This document shows positions 42,301-54,700 of a stretch of DNA of 64,000 nucleotides, piece after piece. The stretch is taken from NCBI GenBank assembly GCA_964016885.1, contig OZ024741.1, positions 13,578,001 through 13,642,000 of the forward strand, in the 5' to 3' direction. Position 1 is the first letter of the stretch, and every line of letters begins with the position of its first letter. The position numbers and the translations under genes were made by a program. The stretch comes from Eledone cirrhosa. Its lineage: Eukaryota. The notes beneath the pieces were generated by a model. That model saw only the letters and a list, made by a program, of their open reading frames with translations. It made no database searches and had not been told where the DNA came from.

Positions 42301-45300
42301 ATATGGTCATACTAGAGAACAAGTTAGAGGTGGTAGAGAGCAATATGGCCATACTAGAGAACAAGTTAGAGGTGGTAGAGAGCAATATGGTCATACTAGA
42401 GAACAAGTTAGAGGTGGTAGAGAGCAATATGGTCATACTAGAGGACAAGTTAGAGATGGGAGAGAGCAATATGGTCATAATAGAGAAGAAGTTAGAGATG
42501 GTAGAGAGCAATATGGTCATACTAGAAAACAAGTTAGAAGTGGGAGAGAGCAATATGGCCATACTAGAGAACAAGTTAGAGATGGTAGAGAGCAATATAA
42601 TCATACTAGAGAACAAGTTAGAGGTGGTAGTGAGCAATATGGTCATACTAGAGAACAAGTTAGAGGTGATAGAGAGAAATATGGTCATACTAGAGAACAC
42701 GTTATAGATGGTAGAGAGCAATATGGTCATACTAGAGAACAAGTTAGAGGTGATAGAGCGCAATATGGTCATACTAGAGAACAAGTTAAAGGTGGTAGAG
42801 AGCAATATGGCCATACTAGAGAACAAGTTAGAGGTGATAGAGAGCAATATGGTCATACTAGAGAACAAGTTATAGATGGTAGAGAGCAATATGGTCATAC
42901 TAGAGAACAAGTTAGAGATGGTAGAGAGCAAGATAGTTATACTAGAGAACATGTTAGAGATGGTAGAGAGCAATATGGTCATACCAGAGAACAAGTTAGA
43001 GATGGTAGAGAGAAATATGGTCATACTAGAGAACAAGTTAGAGGTGGTAGAGAGCAATATGGCCATACTAGAGAACAAGTTAGAGGGGGTAGAGAGCAAT
43101 ATGGCCATACTAGAAAACAAGTTAGAGATGGTAGAGAGCAATATGGTCATACTAGAGAACAAGTTAGAGGTGGTAGAGAGAAATATGGTCATACTAGAGA
43201 ACAAGTTAGAGGTGGTAGAGAGCAATATGGTCATCCTAGAGAACAAGTTAGAGGTGGTAGAGAACAATATCGCCATACTAGAGAACAAGTTAGAGGTGGT
43301 AGAGAGCAATATGGCCATACTAGAGAACACGTTAGAGGTGATAGAGAGCAATATGGTCATACTAGAGAACAAGTTAGAGATGGAAGAGAGCAATATAGAA
43401 CAAGTTAGAGATGGTAGAGTGCAATATAGAACAAGTTAGAGGTGGTAGAGAGCAATATGGTTATACTAGAGAACAATTTAGAGATGGTAGAGAGCAATAT
43501 GGTCATACTAGAGAACAAGTTAGGGATGGTAGAGAGCAATATGGTCATACTAGAGAACAAGTTAGAGGTGATAGAGAGCAATATGGTCATACTAGAGAAC
43601 AAGTTAGAGATGGTAGAGAGCAATATGGTCATACTAGAGAATAAGATAGAGATGGTAGAGAGCAATATGGTCATACTAGAGAACAAGTTAGAGGTGGTAG
43701 AGAGCAATATGGCCATACTAGAGAACAGGTTAGAGGTGGTAGAGAACAATATGGCCATACTAGAGAACAGGTTAGAGGTGGTAGAGAACAATATGGTCAT
43801 ACTAGTGAACAAATTAGAGGTGGTGGAGCAATATGGTCATACTAGAGAACAAGTTAGAGGTGGTAGAGAGCAATATGGTCATTCTAGAGAACATGTTAAA
43901 GGTGGTAGATAACAATATAGCCATACTAGAGAACAAGTTAGAGGTGGTAGAGAGCAATATGGCCATACTAGAGAACACGTTAGAGGTGATAGAGAGCAAT
44001 ATGGTCATACTAGAGAACAAGTTAGAGATGGTAGAGAACAATATGGTCATACTAGAGAACAAGTTAAAGATGGTAGAGAGCAATATTGTCATACTAGAGA
44101 ACAAGTTCGAAGTGGTAGAGAGCAATATGGCCATACTAGCCAAGAAGTTAGAGATGGTAGAGAGCAATATCGTCATACTAGAGAACAAGTTAGGAGTGGT
44201 AGAGAGCAATATGGTCATTCTAGAGAACAAGTTAGAGGTGATAGAGCAATATGGTCATACTAGAGAAGAAGTTAGAGATGGTAGAGAGCAACATGGTCAT
44301 ACTAGAGAACAAGTTAGAGATGGTAGGGAGCAATATGGTCATACTAGAGAACAAGTTAGAAGTGGTAGAGAGCAATATGGTCATACTAGAGAACAAGTTA
44401 GAAGTGGTAGAGAGCAATATGGCCATACTAGAGAACAAGTTAGAGATGGTAGAGAGAAATATGGTCATACTAGAGAACAAGTTAGAGGTGGTAGAGAGCA
44501 ATATGGTCATACTAGAGAACAAGTTAGAGGTTGTAGAGAGCAATATGGTCATACTAGAGAACAAGTTAGAAGTGGTAGAGAGCAATATGGCCATACTAGA
44601 GAACAAGTTAGTGATGGTAGAGAGCAATATGGTCATACTAGAGAACAAGTTAGAGGTGGTAGAGAACAATATGGCCATACTAGAGAACAAGTTAGAGGTG
44701 GTAGAGAGCAATATGGTCATACTAGAGAACAAGTTAGAGGTGGTAGAGAGCAATATGGCCATACTAGAGAACAATTTAGAGGTGATAGAGAACAATATGG
44801 TCATACTAGAGAACAAGTTAGAGGTGGTTAGAGAGCAATATGGCCATACTAAAGAACAAGTTAGAGATGGTAGAGAGCAATATGGTCATACTAGAGAACA
44901 AGTTAGAGATGGTAGAGAGCAATATGGTCATACTAGAGAACAGGTTAGAGATGGTAGAGAGCAATATGGTCATACTAGAGAACAAGTTAGAGGTGGAAGA
45001 GAGCAATATGCACATACTAGAGAACAAGTTAGAGGTGGTAGACAGCAATATGGTCATACTAGAGAACAAGTTAGAGGTGGTAGAGAGCAATATAGTCGTA
45101 CTAGAGAACAAGTTAGAGGTGGTAGAGAGCTATATGGCCATAATAGAGAACAAGTTAGAGGTGATAGAGCGCAATATGGTCATACTAGAGAACAAGTTAG
45201 AGGTGGTAGAGCGCAATATGGTCATACTAGAGAACAAGTTAGAGGTGATAGAGAGCAATATGGCCATACTAGAGAACAAGTTAGAGGTGATAGAGAGCAA

Positions 45301-45561
45301 TATGGTCATACTAGAGAACAAGTTAGAGATGGTAGAGAGCTATATGGCCATACTAGAGAACAAGTTAGAGGTGATAGAGCGCAATATGGTCATACTAGAG
45401 AACAAGTTAGAGATGGTAGAGAGCAATATGGTCATACTAGAGAACAAGTTAGAGGTGGTAGAGAGCAATATGACCATACTAGAGAACAGGTTAGAGGTGT
45501 TAGAGAGCAATATGGCCATACTAGAGAACAAGTTAGAGGTGGTAGAGAACAATATGGCCAT
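9391..45561. repeat. 42-bp satellite array (~860 units), consensus GTTAGAG(G/A)TGGTAGAGAGCAATATGG(T/C)CATACTAGAGAACAA, with higher-order repeats
   Basis: Continuous 42-nt periodicity over ~36 kb. Identical ORF blocks recur at 3601-nt offsets (14986/18587/22188; 16720/20321). Confidence 0.98.
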
Positions 45562-45599
45562 CGAATATGATGTGGCTAGTTGTGATATAAGCGAGCTTC

Positions 45600-46420
45600 T
45601 GTTGGATGCATAAACAGCCCTGCACCAATAGAGGAAGGGGTGATGCTGTTAGCTCCCAAGTAAACTCTCACAACCCAGGGATGCAGCTACAATAAGGCAA
45701 GGAATGTCCACCTGTAGAAAATGTCTTGTCTATGTGTTTGTGAGAAAAGTACCAAATTAGTAACAGCGTGAATGAGACCACCAAAACACTGCTCTATGGC
45801 CAGAAACAGTAAAGGCAGCCATACTGCATCATCCTTCTTGCAGGATAACAAGTGATGTGTTCAGGCCTTTGGTAGAAATATATTGAAGTCTCCATCCAAT
45901 GCTTCATGAACAGGAAATGGGCTTGCGACCTGTCATGGAAGCCTTGGGATGGAAGTATAAATATATTCTGAGACTACAGAGAGGGTCGAGAAGGGCGCAA
46001 ACCTTGACTATTGGCAACTGGAATATTACAACCCTTATAGACATAGAGCAGCAACATGTGGAGGAGGCTAGATGTTACTGGCTATATACTGTAGATTAGG
46101 ATGGAGGATGGAAACTGCACTATTCAGGTGTGTCACCAGAAATGACTGCACAAGTCAGGAGTAGGGGTACTCACAAGCCCTGGATGTTAGAATGTATTAT
46201 GGAATTGATCCCATTGAGAGGGAGGATTTGCCTCTTGAAGTTTAGGCTGAAAGATAGGTGTCTGTGGGTGGTGCAAGTTTATGCTCCAAACAGAGTTTGA
46301 ATACAGTTCTTTCCTCGATGTAGTCACTGCAGCGTTAGATGTAAAGACTGAGTTGTATATCCTAATGGGAGACTTTAATGCACATGTTGGTACTGACCAT
46401 CTGACATGGAAAGGTATGAC
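45600..46420 (+). mobile_element. Degenerate RTE-clade LINE 5' region with AP-endonuclease domain (frameshifted)
   Basis: Motifs across frames at ~46000-46420: TLTIGNWNITTL, GWKLHYSGV, GVGVL, VVQVYAPN, ILMGDFNAHVG..TWKG, all diagnostic of LINE APE domains. The upstream 45600-46000 segment is presumed 5' UTR (inference). Confidence 0.85.
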
Positions 46421-46954
46421 CTCTGGTGTGACATTTGGGGATGTGTCAGTAGTGACCTCTGGTGCTAAATTTGGGGAGGTCTCTATGATCTATTGTTTGT
46501 AGTGGTCTTGAGTGATGGTGCGCATGGCTTGGGTTCGTTACACCATATGCCACAAAAGAAAGATAGATGATCGAACATATTAACAAACAATACATCTGTA
46601 TTATACAGAATCTCAAACAAAAATTACAATTTGGTGCTTAGATCAATATCTTATATTGCTCTAGCCACATGACGACGGTGGAATGTATCAATCAAGTTTA
46701 AGAGTCAAAATCTGTTAGGACGATTATAAAATGATGGCAAAGAAAGAACTGCATAAAACTGCATAAAACTTCATAATATAAGAAGCTGTAAAAAATAAAG
46801 CAACAACATTCCTGATGATGAGACTGCCAGGATCTAGAAACACTGTCAAAATCATGGACTTAGGAACTTAGTTGTTCTAAACAAACTGTAGATGCTTTAT
46901 TAGAAAATATGAAAAGACTCAGAGATTAAAATGGAAAAGTAACTATCTAACAAG

Positions 46955-47050
46955 ACACACATACACATGTATGTACATAGCTATGTATAAGTATATATGT
47001 ATATGTGTGTGTGTATATATATATATATATAATATTTGTGTGTGTGTGAA
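46955..47050. repeat. (CA)/(TA)/(TG) microsatellite cluster
   Basis: Direct dinucleotide runs. Confidence 0.85.
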
Positions 47051-47254
47051 TGTATAACATTAAATTCTCATGTTGGCATTAGCAGTTAACAGTGTTTATT
47101 TAAAAGTTTGTAATTTTACTTGACACAACTTAAACAAACAATGAAAGAGATAAACACACATAACAGAAAATATATTAAAACTATCAAAAGACACAACTTC
47201 TAAATGATTGCTAATGTAGATATTGCTTTTAAAATGGTAATTGGCAATATTTGG

Positions 47255-47320
47255 TTAACCCTTTAATAACCATATTTCTAATGAAACACACTGGTTTTCA
47301 GTTTATTTTGAAAATAATCT
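47255..47320 (-). mobile_element. Terminal fragment of a second piggyBac-type MITE family
   Basis: TTAACCCTTTaataaccatatttctaatgaaacacactg is the reverse complement of the ends at 48620-48658 and 58050-58089. Confidence 0.55.
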
Positions 47321-47544
47321 AGAGTATGAAACCGCATTAGCAAAACATTCTCCAAAAGTACAAAACTGTACCATTATGACTACTACATCATATTACTCTT
47401 ATTTATGATACATTTTCACAAAAGTCTGTCTACTAGAAAAGATGTTATAAACATTTAAAGTAACAAACTCCATTTTTAAACATTTTCTGCTCAATTGTTG
47501 CATGAATTTAAGAGTTAAGCTGCTCTTTGGAACAAACATATGAA

Positions 47545-47660
47545 GGCACATGACTGAGTGGTTAGAGAATTGGATTCACAATCATGAAGTTGCAAATTTG
47601 AGTCCTGGACTGGGCAATGCAATATATCCTTGAGCAAGACACTTTATTTCACATTGATTC
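47545..47660 (+). mobile_element. SINE family B, 5' half (diverged)
   Basis: ggcacatgactgagtggttag head and ccttgagcaagacactttatttcac body match 6036-6150. Confidence 0.65.
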
Positions 47661-48044
47661 TTTCTGCCAAGAGTTGCGACCGGTAGATAGTATCAGCAAT
47701 GGAAAGACCTGTGGAAACGTTGTTTCCTTGGTCCTGTTTGATGAGTTCCACCCTACTTGGTAAACAAAATGAGGTCTGGGAACTTCTTGTTGAAAGATTC
47801 ACTTGGAACTTGTTGAAACATTCCCTTGGAACATAACATTTTTTTACATGAAATTATCATGGAAGTTTTTTTTTAATAGCTATGAATACTTTCAAAGAAA
47901 CAGTCTTATATTGTAGAACCAGGATCAGTTTCTGGTGGGTTTCTATCAAACAAGTTAAGTGATATGATGTTAAAGATCTGATATTGACAAAATTCTCACT
48001 TTTACTGAATCTATCAGTTTAACCCTTTTGATAACAAACCTCCA

Positions 48045-48308
48045 GGTGGACGTGTGTGGCCTAGTGGTAAGGGTGCTGGACTTACAATCTTAATGTCATG
48101 GGTTGTGTTGTGATCTTGAACAAAACATTTCATTTCATGTTGCTCCAGTATACTCAGCTAAAAATGAGTACCAGCAATAGCTGGGGTTTTAACCTGTGAT
48201 GGACTGTCATTATGTCCAGGGGGAAATCTTGTACTCTCAGTCACTTCATGCTATGAAACTGGGATAAGCACCGGCCTGACAAGCCTTCTGGCTTGAAACA
48301 GACTTTAG
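48045..48308 (+). mobile_element. SINE family B copy with internal deletion around the B box
   Basis: A box TGGCCTAGTGG; the body and 3' part (aacctgtgatggactg...cttcatgctatgaaactgggataagc) align with 6036-6313. Confidence 0.8.
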
Positions 48309-48348
48309 ACATATTAAAACCTTTCATCATATTTTTATTTTAGAAATC

Positions 48349-48509
48349 CACACTGTAAACGTGGTTGGTATTAGGAAGGGCATCCAGCCGTAGAAAACCT
48401 GCCAGACAGTCCTACACGAGCAAGACAACCAATCTTGTCTCAAGTGGGACAATTCCTGTCTAAACCCATGCTAGCGTGGAAGATAGACGTTAAACGATGA
48501 TGATGATGA
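48349..48509 (+). mobile_element. RTE-tailed SINE 3' portion
   Basis: ggtattaggaagggcatccagcc body and acccatgctagcgtggaagatagacgttaaacgatgatgatg tail, homologous to 7030-7200. Confidence 0.8.
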
Positions 48510-48717
48510 AATGTTTAGGTAATGTTCTATATACCAGCTAACTAATGAAAACCTTAGTTATTTTATTAAATCGCTCCAAACTTTTGGGTATTTTCTAAAT
48601 TGATTGAGACACATAGGCAGTGTAATTAGTAATGGTAATATGGTAATGAAAGGGTTACCAAATTAGGATAGAAGCAGCAGATTATGCTATTTTTTAGTAC
48701 ATGCTACTATTTTTATC

Positions 48718-48974
48718 ATTTCATCATCACCGTTTTACGTCCGTTCTTCCACGCTAGCATGGGTTAGACAGGTTGTCCTGTTGTGGGCAGTGTCCAGTCG
48801 GTGGACCTTTCTTGCTCATACAGGAACTGATTCTGGCTTGATTTTTACAGCTGGATGCCCTTCCTAACACCAAGCTCATTTACAGTGAGTGCTGGGTGCT
48901 TTTTTTCCGTGGCGCCTACACGTCCCCTTTACAGTGTGGGCTGGGTGCTTTTTTGCTGTGGCACCTCCACGACC
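48718..48974 (-). mobile_element. RTE-tailed element, high-identity reverse copy of 6948-7200
   Basis: The reverse complement aligns base by base with 6948-7200, including the duplicated aaaaagcacccagc unit and the tail. Confidence 0.88.
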
Positions 48975-49589
48975 ATATTGAACTACAATATTTATTCCTG
49001 AGACATCAGACACACTTGTGTATAAGAATGTATCACTATTTTGAAGAATATAATTTGGGAAAAAGTTATAGAGATATTTAACAGATTTCTACAGAATAAA
49101 GATTCAACCTGATATTAAATGAATGTATTTCTTTATTTATCAAGACAAATTTCTTGACAGAAAAATGGACATTAAACGGTGATGATGAAAAATGGACATT
49201 AAACGGTGATGATGATGATGAATACAAGTTAGGAGATGTGAGATTTGTACAAGACAATAGAAACAGAGCAATATAAACACAATATAAATACAATATCAAA
49301 TCTAGAATACAAACAATAAACACTTCAAATACAACAATTAATAAGAAATACAACAAATTCTAATTTATGACTATTAAAGTTTATTGTTCCAGATACAAAA
49401 CAACTTAAAACTGTTATTTTGTACTACCAGTGATTACCAAACATTTAGAAATAGTTTCACCCACATTAATAATGTGTTAATTAACTCTATATTTACAAAT
49501 ACTTTCACCCATGTCTATTGCCTATAATTATTCTATATTTACAAATACGTTTTTCCATATTTATTGCTTATAATGTAAAAAAAAACAAA

Positions 49590-49918
49590 CAAGCATGCTC
49601 CATTGGATGTGCAATGTCAATGTACGTGAACGACCGAGCATAGATGTGTTGAGAGAGAAACTATGTTTAAGAGGGATAAGATGTAGTGTGCGGGAGAGAA
49701 GACTGCGATGGTATGGACATGTGATGTCTGCTGGGTGAAGAAGTGTCAAAAAATCCCAGTAGAAGGAAGATGCAGTAGATGAAGACCACAAAAAACTTGG
49801 GCGGAGGTGGTGAGAGTGGACTTCAGATCGCTGAAGCTCACGGTGGAGAGATGCTGTGCTGAATAGGACCCGTCCCACCCTTGCAAGCAGGGAAAAGCGG
49901 ACGTTAAATGATGATGAT
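49590..49918 (+). mobile_element. 5'-truncated RTE LINE 3' end with its native tail
   Basis: SMLHWMCNVNVRERPSIDVLREKLCLRGIRCSVRERRLRWYGHVM, then a deletion/frameshift, RPQKTW, and the tail ggaaaagcggacgttaaatgatgatga. Confidence 0.85.
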
Positions 49919-50218
49919 AATTAAGGAGTAATGTAAATATTTTTGTTTTCTTGTAGATAGAAAAATATCAATATTGGTGTTAATTATTCATTAAAATTAA
50001 CTAATTTATGCCTGGCTATTTAAATATACTTATATAGGATTTGTGGGTAGTATACATATTGTAGAGTATAGGTGACTGTGATTTTTTGTGAGATTTCTCT
50101 ACGAGTGACCCTTGGAGTCTCCCCACATTTTGGGAATTTGTAATATTTCTTTTTTAATGTTTATTTTCTTTGTCGCAGTTATGAATTTTATTTTTGCCAA
50201 AATTAGAAATTATTATTA

Positions 50219-50477
50219 CTAGCTGACGTACCCAGCTTCGCCCGGGTAAACAGATGATAAGAAAAGACAGGTAAAAGAGAAAATGACTGTATTGGATGTT
50301 TGTCTGGTTACAGTATGAGGTGAGTCTGTGTGATACAGAAAACAGTAAAGAATAGTGACGTCTAGGAGATGGTTCATCTTCTGCCTGACTGTAAAATGTG
50401 TATCATTGCATAGACGTGGTTGTTCCACGTTTCTCAAAAGGACGATGGAAGTTCCAATTTTTTATATTATATGTAGA
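50219..50477 (-). mobile_element. Non-autonomous Helitron-like element
   Basis: The minus strand begins TCTACATATAATA and ends CCCGGGCGAAGCTGGG hairpin + tacgtcagCTAG-T: 5'-TC ... hairpin-CTAG-3' in an AT site. Confidence 0.7.
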
Positions 50478-50754
50478 TATAGATATAGATAATTAATATA
50501 AAAGATGTCCGTCAATGTAAAAAAGGTCGCTATTTACTCCCTTCACAACTCTGTGTATGTTAGACTGACTGACAGGCACACAGACAGATAAACAGCGTGG
50601 CGATTGTGGAATGCCACACATACATGCATGGAATCGTAATTTCAGTTTGGCGTCGTTGAGGTGGGCGGAGTCGTTTGAAACCTATGAACCAATGATAATC
50701 GAGAATTATGACACACGGAGTACTGACGTTCAAATTAATATATAGATTATTAAG

Positions 50755-51345
50755 GGCGGTGAATTGGCAGTATTGGTGGAGGGTCAGATGCCATGGTTTC
50801 CAGTATAGTTACATCTCTTTACGGTCTGACTTCAAATCTCATCAAGGTTAACTTTGCCTTTCATCCTCACGGGGTCGATAAAATAAAGTACCAGTAATGT
50901 ACTGGGTAATTGCTGGCCTTGTGCCAAAAGTAGAAACAATTATTATAGGGAGTAGATTGGCAGTATTAGTAGAGTGTTGCACAACATGCTTTGTGGCATA
51001 TAGTTTTGGTCTTTTACGTTCTGATTTCTGGGGTTAGCTTTGCCTTTCATCCTTATGGGGTCAATAAAATAAAGTACCAGTCACACACTGGGGTTGATTT
51101 AATCGACTTTCCTCTCCCCGAAAAACCATTATCATAGGGCAATGGAGTGGCAGTATCTGTAGAGCATTGGACAACATGCTCTGCAGGATATAGTTGCGGT
51201 CCTTTATGCTCCAATTTCCCATTCCACCAAAGTCAATTTTGTCTTTCACCCTTACAGGGTTGATAAAATAAAATACCAGTAATGCACTGAGGTCAATTTA
51301 CTCAACTTTCTCCTACCCTCAAATTGTTGATCTTGTGCCTAAAAT
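50755..51345 (+). mobile_element. Three head-to-tail SINE family A copies (~50755-50945, 50948-51120, 51137-51345)
   Basis: Each has a TGGCAGTA A-box-like head and the tttgcctttcatcc..ggggtc.ataaaataaagtaccagt domain; copies are separated by short ATTAT tails. Confidence 0.8.
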
Positions 51346-51354
51346 ATTATATTC

Positions 51355-51432
51355 ATACCTTTGGTGTATAGGAAACAGATATATCAAATTTGGGGGTAAA
51401 AAAGTGGTTCTTATGCACTAGAAAATATGGTA
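51355..51432. mobile_element. Possible Tc2/pogo-like MITE right end
   Basis: ggttcttatgcactagaaaatatggTA resembles the CCGTATTTTC..G..TATAAG-type TIR in reverse (recalled family motif). The left TIR is not clear. Confidence 0.35.
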
Positions 51433-51525
51433 CTTACTATTTAAAAAATTTCAGTTTTCAAAGGTAGTATTCCTATTGAATTATCAACCATATAAATTAG
51501 AACTGACCTATGGAGAATTACTATA

Positions 51526-51745
51526 TATAGGGTGAGCCATCATTAGCTTACTGTTAAGAAGTCTGAATAAAGAACACCTTCATGATATTAAACTTTATTT
51601 CAAAATTAAAACAGACAATACATATCAGTTTATATGCATGGTCCCGTAACTCCTGAGAGCAGCGTATTGACATACGGCGTGTCTAGGGCATTTAAACCTG
51701 GTGGAGCCCATCTCCAGGTCTGAATACAGCAGATTTCTTCCAGAG
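51526..51745 (+). mobile_element. Possible internally deleted Tc1/mariner relic
   Basis: TA-(T)AGGGTGAGCC TIR-like start; at 51702-51740 WSPSPGLNTADFF resembles the WPP.SPDLNP.DFF motif around the third catalytic residue. Confidence 0.35.
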
Positions 51746-51774
51746 AAGGAGAGAAAGTGGGAGAGAGATATAGA

Positions 51775-54700
51775 AAAAGAATCGACTCCAGTACATGACG
51801 GGTATTTTTGTTTATCAACCTTGATTGGATGAAAGGCAAAGTTGATCTCAGCAGAATTTGAACTCAGAGAGCAGAGAACTGAAACAAATACCATAAAACA
51901 TTCTATCCAATGTTCTACCAGCTCTGCCATTCTATCCAATGTTCTGCCAACTCTGCCATTCTATCCAATGTTCTACCAACTCTGCCATTCTATCCAATGT
52001 TCTACCAACTCTGCCATTCTATCCAATGTTCTACCAGCTCTGCCATTCTATCCAATGTTCTACCAACTCTGCCATTCTATCCAATGTTCTACCAACTCTG
52101 CCATTCTATCCAATGTTCTACCAACTCTGCCATTCTATCCATTGTTCTACCAGCTCTGCCATTCTATCCAATGTTCTACCAGCTCTGCCATTCTATCCAA
52201 TGTTCTACCAACTCTGCCATTCTATCCAATGTTCTACCAGCTCTGCCATTCTATCCAATGTTCTACCAACTCTGCCATTCTATCCAATGTTCTACCAGCT
52301 CTGCCATTCTATCCAATGTTCTACCAGCTCTGCCATTCTATCCAATGTTCTACCAACTCTGCCATTCTATCCAATGTTCTACCAGCTCTGCCATTCTATC
52401 CAATGTTCTACCAACTCTGCCATTCTATCCAATGTTCTACCAGCTCTGCCATTCTATCCAATGTTCTACCAACTCTGCCATTCTATCCAATGTTCTACTA
52501 ACTCTGCCATTCTATCCAATGTTCTACCAGCTCTGCCATTCTATCCAATGTTCTACCAACTCTGCCATTCTATCCAATGTTCTACCAGCTCTGCCATTCT
52601 ATCCAATGTTCTACCAGCTCTGCCATTCTATCCAATGTTCTACCAACTCTGCCATTCTATCCAATGTTCTACCAACTCTGCCATTCTATCCAATGTTCTA
52701 CCAGCTCTGCCATTCTATCCAATGTTCTACCAACTCTGCCATTCTATCCAATGTTCTACCAACTCTGCCATTCTATCCAATGTTCTACCAACTCTGCCAT
52801 TCTATCCAATGTTCTACCAGCTCTGCCATTCTATCTAATGTTCTACCAACTCTGCCATTCTACCCATTGTTCTACCAGCTCTGCCATTCTATCCAATGTT
52901 CTACCAGCTCTGCCATTCTATCCAATGTTCTACCAGCTCTGCCATTCTATCCAATGTTCTACCAGCTCTGCCATTCTATCCAATGTTCTACCAACTCTGC
53001 CATTCTATCCAATGTTCTACCAACTCTGCCATTCTATCCAATGTTCTCCCAACTCTGCCATTCTATCCATTGTTCTACCAGCTCTGCCATTCTATCCAAT
53101 GTTCTACCAGCTCTGCCATTCTATCCAATGTTCTGCCAGCTCTGCCATTCTATCCAATGTTCTACCAACTCTGCCATTCTATCCAATGTTCTACCAACTC
53201 TGCCATTCTATCCAATGTTCTACCAACTCTGCCATTCTATCCAATGTTCTACCAACTCTGCCATTCTATCCAATGTTCTACCAGCTCTGCCATTCTATCC
53301 AATGTTCTACAAGCTCTGCCATTCTATCCAATGTTCTACCAACTCTGCCATTCTATCCAATGTTCTACCAATTCTGCCATTCTATCCAATGTTCTACCAA
53401 GTCTGCCATTCTATCCAATGTTATACCAAGTCTGCCATTCTATCCAATGTTCTACCAGCTCTGCCATTCTATCCAATGTTCTACCAACTCTGCCATTCTA
53501 TCCAATGTTCTACCAACTCTGCCATTCTATCCAATGTTCTACCAGCTCTGCCATTCTATCCAATGTTCTACCAACTCTGCCATTGTATCCAATGTTCTAC
53601 CAGCTCTGCCATTCTATCCAATGTTCTACCAACTCTGCCATTCTATCCAATGTTCTACCAGCTCTGCCATTCTATCCAATGTTCTACCAGCTCTGCCATT
53701 CTATCCAATGTTCTACCAACTCTGCCATTCTATCCAATGTTCTACCAACTCTGCCATTCTATCCAATGTTCTACCAGCTCTGCCATTCTATCCAATGTTC
53801 TACCAACTCTGCCATTCTATCCAATGTTCTACCAACTCTGCCATTCTATCCAATGTTCTACCAACTCTGCCATTCTATCCAATGTTCTACCAGCTCTGCC
53901 ATTCTATCTAATGTTCTACCAACTCTGCCATTCTACCCATTGTTCTACCAGCTCTGCCATTCTATCCAATGTTCTACCAGCTCTGCCATTCTATCCAATG
54001 TTCTACCAGCTCTGCCATTCTATCCAATGTTCTACCAGCTCTGCCATTCTATCCAATGTTCTACCAACTCTGCCATTCTATCCAATGTTCTACCAACTCT
54101 GCCATTCTATCCAATGTTCTCCCAACTCTGCCATTCTATCCATTGTTCTACCAGCTCTGCCATTCTATCCAATGTTCTACCAGCTCTGCCATTCTATCCA
54201 ATGTTCTGCCAGCTCTGCCATTCTATCCAATGTTCTACCAACTCTGCCATTCTATCCAATGTTCTACAAACTCTGCCATTCTATCCAATGTTCTACCAAC
54301 TCTGCCATTCCATCCAATGTTCTACCAACTCTGCCATTCTATCCAATGTTCTACCAGCTCTGCCATTCTATCCAATGTTCTACCAGCTCTGCCATTCTAT
54401 CCAATGTTCTACCAACTCTGCCATTCTATCCAATGTTCTACCAATTCTGCCATTCTATCCAATGTTCTACCAAGTCTGCCATTCTATCCAATGTTATACC
54501 AAGTCTGCCATTCTATCCAATGTTCTACCAGCTCTGCCATTCTATCCAATGTTCTACCAACTCTGCCATTCTATCCAATGTTCTACCAACTCTGCCATTC
54601 TATCCAATGTTCTACCAGCTCTGCCATTCTATCCAATGTTCTACCAACTCTGCCATTCTATCCAATGTTCTACCAGCTCTGCCATTCTATCCAATGTTCT

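Larger units (their letters stand above)
48019..48658 (+). mobile_element. piggyBac-type MITE (family 2) carrying two nested retroposons
   Basis: Left end TTAACCCTTTTGATA at 48019 and right end atatggtaatGAAAGGG-TTAC at ~48640-48658. The internal ataccagctaactaatga segment matches 57550-57600. Confidence 0.6.

Noticed and set aside
9413-45613. Dozens of long ORFs (up to 1143 aa) as CDS calls
   Set aside because: They are pure readings of the 42-bp monomer on both strands, broken by amplified stops and frameshifts, with no unique domains.
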